Source: an uncultured Alphaproteobacteria bacterium
GTDB lineage: Bacteria; Pseudomonadota; Alphaproteobacteria; RF32; CAG-239
Reading direction: 5' to 3'
Assembly: GCA_947588275.1 (NCBI GenBank)
Contig: CANPYJ010000005.1
Span: forward strand, 1-54,411
DNA length: 54,411 nt
Shown here: positions 18,501 through 25,535 of the stretch, one piece after another
Numbering within the stretch: the stretch's first letter is position 1
How the letters are laid out: each line of letters opens with the position of its first letter
Position numbers and translations under genes: made by a program
The notes under the pieces: generated by a model
The model's input: only the letters and a program-made list of their open reading frames with translations
Told to the model about the DNA's origin: nothing
Database searches by the model: none

Positions 18501-21500
18501 GAAATAAGAGAGCTAAAAAAACTGGGTATTTGGAACAATATTACGAATTCAATTATTTTAGGTAACCGCTACTTCAGAACTGCAGAACATTCGGCTCAAC
18601 AAACGCACAGCATTTTGAAAAGGTATGAGGATGATTTCAAAACAGGGAAAATAAATGTTTTGAATTGTTCTACAACAATGGAAATGGGTGTCGATATTGG
18701 TGGTATCACTATATCATCTATGAATAACGTACCACCGCATCCGGCAAATTATTTGCAAAGAGCCGGACGTGCAGGACGTAGAAGTGAAACAAAAGCCATA
18801 AGTTTTACTTTGTGCAAAGATAACTCGCATGATCAATATGTTTTTGCGCATCCCAAATGGGCATTTAGCACAAAAATTGCCGCACCTTATGTAGATAAAT
18901 ACAGTTTTATTGTTTTACAACGGCATATAAACTCTCTCTTATTAGCATATTATTTTGACAGCATAAAAGGTCAGATAACTGATGCTACTAAGCTGAATAT
19001 GGAATGGTTTATGCTTCCGGCTGAAAACAGCAGGCTAATAAAATTCAAACAGTTCTGTAAGGATGCAATAAGGGTAAATGACCGTATTAGAAAAGCAATC
19101 TCTTCGATTATTGAAAATACACACTACGAAGATATCAACCTAGACGTTTTCGTAACACAATTGGATGAATTAATTGATAACCTGCAAAAGCGGTGGTACG
19201 CAGAGTATGATGCAATTCAAGAGCAGAAAGAAAGGGAAAAAGACCGCAAGATCAGTTTGGCCGCTATAAAAAAAACTGAAGAACGCTTACTTAAGGAATA
19301 CATTCTCAAAGAGTTAATTGAATACGGCTTATTACCAAGATACGGATTTCCAACTAACATCGTCACTTTTGACACGAATAATAGATTTAATTTAGATAAG
19401 AAAGTTTCGCAAACAAGAGAAGATAATCTATTTAAGCGAAGAGAACTTCCATCAAGAGATATTTGTACTGCACTAAGAGAGTATGCGCCTGGATGTGATG
19501 TTGTTATTGATGGTTTGGTTTATAAATCCGCCGGTATAACACTAAATTGGCACATTCCTGCCTCTGATTCAGAAGTAAAAGAAATCCAATCAATGCGCTA
19601 TATATGGAGATGCCACAAATGCGGTGCAAGTGGTACTTCAACAAGTCTTTGTGATGTAAAATGTGATGTTTGCGGATCTGAAATTGATACGAGAGATATG
19701 CAGAAGTATATTCAGCCGGCAGGATTTTCTGTTGATTTTAATGCGGCTGTAAATAACAACGTATCGGTTCAACGTTATATAAATATCTGTGAACCTTTAG
19801 TGACGGCTCATAATACTCTCAATTCCTATTTAGGATTACCTTACGTAAAATATAAAAATGATAAAGAAGGTAGTGTAATCCACTATTCAAACGGCGGCGG
19901 TGAAGGATATATTTTGTGCCTCGAATGCGGTAGAATGGTTGCAAACAACAAGAAAAACCGGGAAGAATTCAAAAAAAGACATTACCGTTTGCGTAGTGGC
20001 GTATACCCCAATAGTCAAACAGGAAATACTTATAAAGTTGAATGCCAACATTCGCCTTATTCAATTATAGAAAATATTAATCTCGGCGTAGAAATTAAAA
20101 CAGACCTTTTGGAGCTAATTCTATCTGATTTAGATGGCAACGTCATTGATGACAGGATATTGGCATATTCACTTGCGGTGGCCATACGTAGCGGTATTGC
20201 TAAATACATGAATGTTGAAACAGAAGAAATCGGATGTATCGCTAAACAAATCCGGGTTAATGGAACAAATAAAAAAGGGTTTGCGATAGAGTTATTTGAT
20301 AAAAATGCTTCCGGATATTGCTCTTCAAATGATATTATAAAAAATTTGAATATCATATTTAAGTATGCCCAAAATATTCTAAAATGTGATTGCGCACAAT
20401 CTTGCAATAAATGTATTTTACAGAATGACACAAAATACAACTACAGATATTTGGATAGAAAACTTGCGCTGGAGTTCTTAACAGATGAGTGGATTGCTAA
20501 AAATACTTTGCCGCAGGATATGAAAATCTTCGGAGATGGCACTCTTGTTGCATCTGCAAGTATTGAAAGTTTGATTGAGGATACTCCAAATTTACAAAAG
20601 TTATACTTAATTATCCCGGAAAATATGGAAAATGAAGATTTTTCAAACTCTCCAATTTACAAGCTTGTCAACAGATATAATGCATTAAACACTCAGATAA
20701 TACTTTGCGTGAATGAAAAAACACTGGGAGATGATGTAAAGAAAACCATTTCTTTGCTTTCCAATTTAAGCAATGTCTCTGTGAAAGCGATACCAGAAAA
20801 GCTAAATGATAAAATAATGGCAATTGTTTGGGATGGTTTCAAGTATTATTCATATGCATCCTTTGATGAAAATGTAAGACAATTAAACCAGTATTGGGGA
20901 AGTAATATAAACACATCAATATTATCAGGCTATATTGATATCAACGGCCTAAAATTTAATGATGTTAAATTAGAGACTGTTGAAAATATAAGTTACGATA
21001 AAATGTTCAATATTTCGTCAGAGGTTAACGGCCCAGGATATGGGTTCGGTAATAGATTGTTATCCATTTTGGCATCAAGTTTGGATAAAGGAATAAGTTC
21101 ACCAATAGTAAAAATTGAATATAAGGATAGATATCTAAAAAATCCTTTGGCCTCAGGTTTATTTTACAGTTTTATAAAAGAACTTAAAGTTAGGTACGAA
21201 AAATTATGGAATTGTGCATCTATAACTTTGGAAACAGCCGAAACTACAGAAACCAACAAACAATATCCAACAATGTTTTATCATGACTGGGATGATGTGG
21301 ATGCTAGAAATGAGGTATTAACTGCATTGTTTGATAAAATTGGATTGAAATTTCAATTAAAAGAGAAAAACAAAAAATATCTCGAGCATAACAGAATAAT
21401 GACAATTGAACTGGAAAATGGCGAAAAAATTAATTTAATACTAGATCAAGGCTTTTCTTACTGGAGATGTCTTGCATATTGTTACGCTGAAAACATCTTT

Positions 21501-21608
21501 CCGTTTGATGCAGACATTGATGAACAGGTGGCAAAAATCGGACAATGGTTACCGAATGTATCCGGTGATACTTATCCAACCAGAATATTTTACACTAAAT
21601 CGAAATAG
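15597..21608 (+). CDS. druE: Druantia type III DruE: DEAH helicase + DUF1998 + C-terminal PLD-like domain
   Basis: PYQHQ, SGTGSGKTE, DEAH, ATSAT and QRAGRAGRR motifs; several CxxC clusters incl. CDCAQSCNKC; C-terminal DRY...HNR...DQG. Confidence 0.83.
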   Translation: MKTNSYSELLKILPVQSTEAIMSTLSILPLDLREFLRKKFSEEGDKFVADPVFEPMFSYKPSQQTFGELSGKLLPRSFVNALHGASEYRFDKSMYPYQHQLTSWETLLNTNNSLVVSSGTGSGKTECFMIPIISDLVQQVEKTNSVLEGVQALFIYPLNALIQNQRERFSEWTKPYKGNIRYCLYNGLLPQQTRESEQKETVEEVVDREQLWKSPSPLLITNTTMLEYMLIRANDKRIIDKSKGKLKYIVLDEAHTYIGSQAAELSLLLKRVMDAFEVKPEQVKFIATSATIGDNDAGTQLRRFLSSISGVNEENVTVVFGKNEIEPLASSTAGKSIDEIEKIENPDEIIKELRNNKLACSLRSFFISSNNEHGVARTLTEICNNFNLTSDLALRWLDLLSVTPVNEKSFLPLRLHIFHKTFPGLWSCCNPNCTCKDNIPGWKFGKIYFKEQCKCECGAPVFRVKACANCGEPFLEAKINDSAKDGKKYLYPTMLQDIDEFSLDDDDNYINDVEAHTVWVENFEKDNDTACYLNIEDSSLSLANSNGIRLNVFEDYEDIHCCDAPEVDQIKSFIPLQGAPFVLSHVLPTLLNYAEIAKDSESKPHAGQKMICFTDSRQGTARLAVQLQQNSERNSFRSILLHVIAHIEAENNKNNNADQINTLKEAYKSTKMPQLLDMIKQLEGQKGSSFANENNVISDILKEFDDNDLKWIYNYYRDKDSIFDTNRGQGNLIEILFARELIRRPKKANNVETLGLLATAYDFSKITSVPASISKYFTCDDWKNYLKIVLDFFVRANGFVEYPENWDKWGAISKNNEPLDFDHWPKADKKKKNRNIVKLLFYALDMDQTNDYHIDIVNEIMKEAWLALTSATGILTPSANQIYRMKMDKIGLRRLQKIYVCPITNKALDVTFKGYSPYLSRKNRGESKEITLEKCKEYSFPTYDYSKESGKSYDECVLMRREWLENNDEIRELKKLGIWNNITNSIILGNRYFRTAEHSAQQTHSILKRYEDDFKTGKINVLNCSTTMEMGVDIGGITISSMNNVPPHPANYLQRAGRAGRRSETKAISFTLCKDNSHDQYVFAHPKWAFSTKIAAPYVDKYSFIVLQRHINSLLLAYYFDSIKGQITDATKLNMEWFMLPAENSRLIKFKQFCKDAIRVNDRIRKAISSIIENTHYEDINLDVFVTQLDELIDNLQKRWYAEYDAIQEQKEREKDRKISLAAIKKTEERLLKEYILKELIEYGLLPRYGFPTNIVTFDTNNRFNLDKKVSQTREDNLFKRRELPSRDICTALREYAPGCDVVIDGLVYKSAGITLNWHIPASDSEVKEIQSMRYIWRCHKCGASGTSTSLCDVKCDVCGSEIDTRDMQKYIQPAGFSVDFNAAVNNNVSVQRYINICEPLVTAHNTLNSYLGLPYVKYKNDKEGSVIHYSNGGGEGYILCLECGRMVANNKKNREEFKKRHYRLRSGVYPNSQTGNTYKVECQHSPYSIIENINLGVEIKTDLLELILSDLDGNVIDDRILAYSLAVAIRSGIAKYMNVETEEIGCIAKQIRVNGTNKKGFAIELFDKNASGYCSSNDIIKNLNIIFKYAQNILKCDCAQSCNKCILQNDTKYNYRYLDRKLALEFLTDEWIAKNTLPQDMKIFGDGTLVASASIESLIEDTPNLQKLYLIIPENMENEDFSNSPIYKLVNRYNALNTQIILCVNEKTLGDDVKKTISLLSNLSNVSVKAIPEKLNDKIMAIVWDGFKYYSYASFDENVRQLNQYWGSNINTSILSGYIDINGLKFNDVKLETVENISYDKMFNISSEVNGPGYGFGNRLLSILASSLDKGISSPIVKIEYKDRYLKNPLASGLFYSFIKELKVRYEKLWNCASITLETAETTETNKQYPTMFYHDWDDVDARNEVLTALFDKIGLKFQLKEKNKKYLEHNRIMTIELENGEKINLILDQGFSYWRCLAYCYAENIFPFDADIDEQVAKIGQWLPNVSGDTYPTRIFYTKSK

Positions 21609-21777
21609 ATACTGTAAAAGTTATGGTATATCAGATAATTATATTAGAGGTTCGCGACAAAAGAGTGGGTGTCCACGCTGGGTGGAAAATTAGCCCACTA
21701 GGTAAAAATATGGTTTGTAAAAATTGAGAAAGCCCTAGTGTTTTCGGCGTTATATCGCTATAATTCATCTAAATGAA

Positions 21778-21792
21778 AACGAGGCTGTATCA
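21778..21792 (+). repeat. 15-bp direct repeat, right copy (aacgaggctgtatca)
   Basis: Identical to 11683-11697; sits at the composition boundary. Confidence 0.85.
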
Positions 21793-21831
21793 AAGTAGGG
21801 ATTTTCCCTAGATGTCGCCGACCATAAAAAC

Positions 21832-21860
21832 AAAAAATCCACCCTTGCGGTGGTTTTTTT
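21832..21860. terminator. Rho-independent terminator (possibly bidirectional) at the island boundary
   Basis: aaaaaat-ccacc-cttgc-ggtgg-ttttttt. Confidence 0.6.
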
Positions 21861-21961
21861 ATATTATCTCCGTCATAGCGAAAAGCAGGGAGCGTTTGTG
21901 TTTGTGCCTGACTTCGTCTGTCTTTTCAGGCGCGGGGATTTTTTGTAGGTGTTTGTAAAAC

Positions 21962-23473
21962 TTATTCCCTATACGGGCGGAGTTCTCTGATGCGTTCAAT
22001 GGTGAAGCTGCGTTGTTCCTGCCGCTCCAGACAAAAAGCCTGCAGAAGCCGGCCTTTGATGTGAAGGGGAATAATCACGCGGCGCGACAGGCTGCCGTCG
22101 GTTTTTTGGTAGACAATCTCCAGTTTGCGGCGGTTGGTGGCGGCTTCTTGCAGGCTGTTTTGAAGAATCTGAGGTGCGGGGTCGGCAAGCGGCGTTGTGC
22201 GGCGCATAAATCGGACGATGCGTGAATCGGTGAGAATATGCGCGGCGGTCAGCGGTCGGCACAAGGTGATGCCTGCGAGAGAGGTGCAGCGACTGAGCGC
22301 AACATAGAGTTGTCCGGCAGCAAAAGTGCCGCGGCCGATGTCAATTCGCACCTGATCAAAGGTCTGACCTTGGCTTTTGTGGATGGTGACGGCCCAGGCC
22401 AGCCGCACCGGAAACTGGGTGAACGAGCCGGCGACTTCGGAGATAATTTCGCTGCCGGCCAGAGTGTAGCGAAAAATCTCCCATGTATAGGGAAAGACAT
22501 CGACCAGTTTGGCATTGTTTTGCAGGCGGACAGTCAGATAGCGGATTTTTTGCGGGCCGGTTTTGATTTCTTCAATACGGCCGAGGCTGCCGTTTACCCA
22601 GCGGCCTTTGAGATCGTTGTTCAAAAACATGATTTGGGCGCCGGCGCGCAGTTCCAAGACTTCGGCGGCAGGAAAATACTCGGCCTGAAAATTGCCGTCT
22701 ATCACTGCCTGAGAGATACAGGTCGGCGCATTGAGGCGGTGCAGATGTTCGGCATTGAGTTCGGCGGCCATTTTGTTGGTGGTGGTGAGGGTGATATAAA
22801 CTCCGTTTGGCGCCGGCAGCACGCGCCGGTTGAGGGCGGCAAGATCGGCGGCGGTGGCGGAGTTGTCGCGGATGCGCGAAAGCAGGCTGATGAAGTCGGC
22901 GTCGGTTTGGCGATAGATTTTGTTGAGTTCGACGATTTCCATATCCATTCCGCGAAAAGCCTGCGCACCGAAGAAATACGGAGCGGCGTAGCGGGCGGCA
23001 AAATATTGGGTTTCCGGCGTGCTGACAACCGGCGGCAGCTGAAAGAGATCGCCCACCAAGACAATTTGCACGCCGCCGAAAGATTTTTGCGAATCCGGTC
23101 CATACAGGCGCAAAAAAATGTCAATGCAGTCAAAGATATCGGCGCGCAGCATGGAGGCTTCGTCAATGAAGAGGGTTTGCAGCCGTTGATAGATGCGTTT
23201 GGCGCGCGGCGTAAATTCATAAGACGAGATTTTTTCGGGAGTAATGTTGACGGGAAACCCGAAAAAACGGTGAATGGTCTGGCCGCCGACATTGAGCGCG
23301 GCCACACCGGTGGGAGCCACCACGGCGATATTCCGCCGGCAGTTTTTGACCGCATAAGCCAGCAAGGTGGATTTTCCGGCGCCGGCTTTGCCGGTGACAA
23401 ACAGGTGACGGCCGCGGTTGATAAGGTCAAGCGCCTGCTGAAACTCGGGGTTGATGTCAATTTGTCGGGGCAT
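21962..23473 (-). CDS. PIF1/RecD-like SF1B helicase with C-terminal WYL domain
   Basis: TGKAGAGKS, APTGVAA, IDEASM, GDLFQLPPV, TIHKSQG and YVALSR; tail IVYQK..G.LSRRVIIP...AFCLERQEQRSFTIERI is WYL-like. Confidence 0.88.
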   Translation of the reverse strand: MPRQIDINPEFQQALDLINRGRHLFVTGKAGAGKSTLLAYAVKNCRRNIAVVAPTGVAALNVGGQTIHRFFGFPVNITPEKISSYEFTPRAKRIYQRLQTLFIDEASMLRADIFDCIDIFLRLYGPDSQKSFGGVQIVLVGDLFQLPPVVSTPETQYFAARYAAPYFFGAQAFRGMDMEIVELNKIYRQTDADFISLLSRIRDNSATAADLAALNRRVLPAPNGVYITLTTTNKMAAELNAEHLHRLNAPTCISQAVIDGNFQAEYFPAAEVLELRAGAQIMFLNNDLKGRWVNGSLGRIEEIKTGPQKIRYLTVRLQNNAKLVDVFPYTWEIFRYTLAGSEIISEVAGSFTQFPVRLAWAVTIHKSQGQTFDQVRIDIGRGTFAAGQLYVALSRCTSLAGITLCRPLTAAHILTDSRIVRFMRRTTPLADPAPQILQNSLQEAATNRRKLEIVYQKTDGSLSRRVIIPLHIKGRLLQAFCLERQEQRSFTIERIRELRPYRE

Positions 23474-23546
23474 AATTTTTCCGATTGTAAAATTTAAAAT
23501 TAATGATAGCATAATTTGCATGTGCGACAAGGAGAAAGTTTAAACT

Positions 23547-23753
23547 ATGCAGCAGGAAGACGACGAGCGTTTGACAGAGATTGAAACCGTGTTGGCCGAG
23601 CATGAAAAAATGCTGGACGAGCTTAACAGCGTGATTATTGAGCAAGGCAAAACCATAGAGCGGCTAAGGCGGCAGAATCAATATCTGCTGGACATGGCCC
23701 GCGCCGACGCGGTCAAACCGCAAAGCGAAGAAACGCCTCCGCCGCACTATTAA
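23547..23753 (+). CDS. slyX: SlyX family protein
   Basis: 68-aa coiled coil ending ETPPPHY. Confidence 0.9.
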   Translation: MQQEDDERLTEIETVLAEHEKMLDELNSVIIEQGKTIERLRRQNQYLLDMARADAVKPQSEETPPPHY

Positions 23754-23820
23754 TCGGCAGAAGAAAAAAGGTGTTGATTGGCGGATTGAAGAGATTATAT
23801 ATCCGGACAGGGGAAAGAAA

Positions 23821-24474
23821 ATGGATTTGGACGCGCTTTATAAACTGACGCACGGGTTGTATGTGCTGGGTGCCAAAGACGGCAGCCGCAACGTCGGCAG
23901 TTTGGTCGATGCGGTGATGCAGGTGGCCAACAAGCCGGTAGCGGTGGCGGTTTCGTGCGGCAACCACAGCTATACAAAGTCGTGCATTGAGAAGACGGGC
24001 GAGTTTTCGCTCTCGGTTTTGTGCAAAGACGTTGATCCGTTTGTGGTGGCCAACTTCGGGTTTCAGAGCAGCCGCACGGTTGACAAATGGGCGCATGCGG
24101 CGTATTTTGAGCAAGACGGATTGCCGTATCTCAAAGACAATTTGGCCACGTTTCACTGTCGCGTGATTCATACGTATGCTTTGGAAAGCAACACCATGTT
24201 TGTGGCCGAGGTGGTGTCGGCGGCGGGCAGCCGCGATGCCGAGCCGCTGACGTATTTGGACTATCGGTCGTATTTTAAGGCGGACGTCATGAAAAGTTTT
24301 GAACAGTATAACAACCAGCAGAAAGGAAAGACAATGTCTGACAATGGTGGAAAACAATGGGTTTGCACGGTGTGCGGTTATGTTTATGACGGTGAAGTTC
24401 CGTTTGAGGAGCTGCCGGAAGATTGGGTTTGTCCGTTGTGCGGCGTGGGCAAAGACATGTTTGAGCTGCGCTAG
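23821..24474 (+). CDS. Flavin reductase-rubredoxin fusion (high-molecular-weight rubredoxin)
   Basis: Flavin reductase domain ([17 protein letters not shown]) plus CTVCGYVY...WVCPLCG rubredoxin. Confidence 0.88.
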   Translation: MDLDALYKLTHGLYVLGAKDGSRNVGSLVDAVMQVANKPVAVAVSCGNHSYTKSCIEKTGEFSLSVLCKDVDPFVVANFGFQSSRTVDKWAHAAYFEQDGLPYLKDNLATFHCRVIHTYALESNTMFVAEVVSAAGSRDAEPLTYLDYRSYFKADVMKSFEQYNNQQKGKTMSDNGGKQWVCTVCGYVYDGEVPFEELPEDWVCPLCGVGKDMFELR

Positions 24475-24476
24475 GC

Positions 24477-25070
24477 TCAAATCAGAATAAAGCCGTCATA
24501 TTGCCAGCCGGCGGCGTCGTGGCGCAGGCTGAGGATTGAGCCGTTGGGGATGTTGGCACGGCTGACGCCAAAATAGAGCAAGGTTTGCGAAATGGTGATG
24601 CCGTGTCCGGATACGGCAATGTTTTGGTATGGCGTTTGCAGGGCATAGTGGTTGAGCGCGGCAAAAATGCGGCGGCGGACGGCGGCTTTGGTTTCGCCGT
24701 TTTCAAAACACACTTCGGCGTCCTGAGGGTTGTTGCTGCGCCAATGTTTGTAGAGGGCGGCAAATTTTTGTTCGGCCACGCTGATGTGCATGCCCTCGAT
24801 TATGCCCATATTGACTTCGATAAACCGGTTGTCTATGAGAATCGGCGCGGGAATAAAGTGACGGGCAAGCTGGGCAGTTTGGACGGCGCGGCGCATGGGC
24901 GAGCTGACAATGACGTCGATTTGTTTGTCTTGGAGGGCCAGCCCGACCATCAGCGCCTGACGTTTGCCGTGTTCAGTGAGGCTGCCGTTGAATCGCTGTC
25001 CCTGAATGTGTCCGCTGAGGTTAAACGGACATTCGCCGTGACGAAAAATATAAAAATGCTTGGCCGTCAT
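24477..25070 (-). CDS. Histidine phosphatase (phosphoglycerate mutase-like) family protein
   Basis: FRHGE, SSPMRRAVQTA and SGHG motifs. Confidence 0.88.
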   Translation of the reverse strand: MTAKHFYIFRHGECPFNLSGHIQGQRFNGSLTEHGKRQALMVGLALQDKQIDVIVSSPMRRAVQTAQLARHFIPAPILIDNRFIEVNMGIIEGMHISVAEQKFAALYKHWRSNNPQDAEVCFENGETKAAVRRRIFAALNHYALQTPYQNIAVSGHGITISQTLLYFGVSRANIPNGSILSLRHDAAGWQYDGFILI

Positions 25071-25226
25071 TTTTTGTGCTCCGGTCATTTGATATAGCCG
25101 CTGATTGGCAATATGCAAGCCGGCAGTGCGGCGCATCTTTTTGTCGATGTGTGGAAATGCCCTGTTTTTTAATTTGTAAAAAATAAGGGTTTACTTTTGT
25201 ATTTTTTTGTGTTTATACTTTTTGCA

Positions 25227-25506
25227 GACGAGATGAAAATCTTGTTCAGTGCCCTAGGGGCACGGAGCTTTCAACAGCTCTATACACTCGGCGTTAGGGT
25301 ATAACGTCGTCATATTGCCGGCTTGTTAACACAGCGGGCAATAGATATATCCCCGATTGTAGTGATATGGTCGGGGAGCTTTTAGCAGATGTCCAGAGGC
25401 TGTATCCTTATCCTTGAAAAAATACAGTCTTAAAAGCTAGAAGAGTCATGCAGTGTATATGATTGTTGAACTCTCCGGCCACCTTAAAAAAGGTGGTTTT
25501 TCTTTT
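25227..25506 (+). ncRNA. Unassigned large structured RNA/leader upstream of an autotransporter gene
   Basis: Several hairpins (two with GNRA loops), a long-range closing stem 25263-25288/25452-25477 and a terminator-like hairpin with U-tract; candidate promoter TTTACT-18-TATACT at 25190-25219. Confidence 0.55.
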
Positions 25507-25535
25507 AACTATAGGAAAAAGGAAAGTTAAATCAT

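Larger units (their letters stand above)
1..21860. mobile_element. Right end of a prophage-like element carrying a ~21 kb defence cargo region
   Basis: Lysis cassette at the left edge; visibly AT-rich up to ~21.8 kb, then an abrupt switch to GC-richer housekeeping genes; att-like non-coding end at 21610-21860. The integrase and left end are outside the window. Confidence 0.75.

Noticed and set aside
15597-21608. DISARM (DrmA/DrmB) or standalone Lhr helicase
   Set aside because: Helicase and DUF1998 are in a single ~2000-aa protein paired with an STY4851-type gene, which fits Druantia III; no drmC/drmD or DISARM methylase.
21793-21824. tRNA gene or fragment ending in CCA
   Set aside because: No TTCG T-loop or cloverleaf; kept only as a possible att core.
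22238-23497. 419-aa plus-strand ORF and other long antisense ORFs (e.g. 27396-28319, 30782-31732, 53124-53927)
   Set aside because: Shadow frames opposite clearly recognisable genes in GC-richer DNA; no motifs.
25396-25405. gaggctgtat partial match to the 15-bp island repeat
   Set aside because: Only about 11 nt, and it is part of a paired stem in the structured leader; likely chance.
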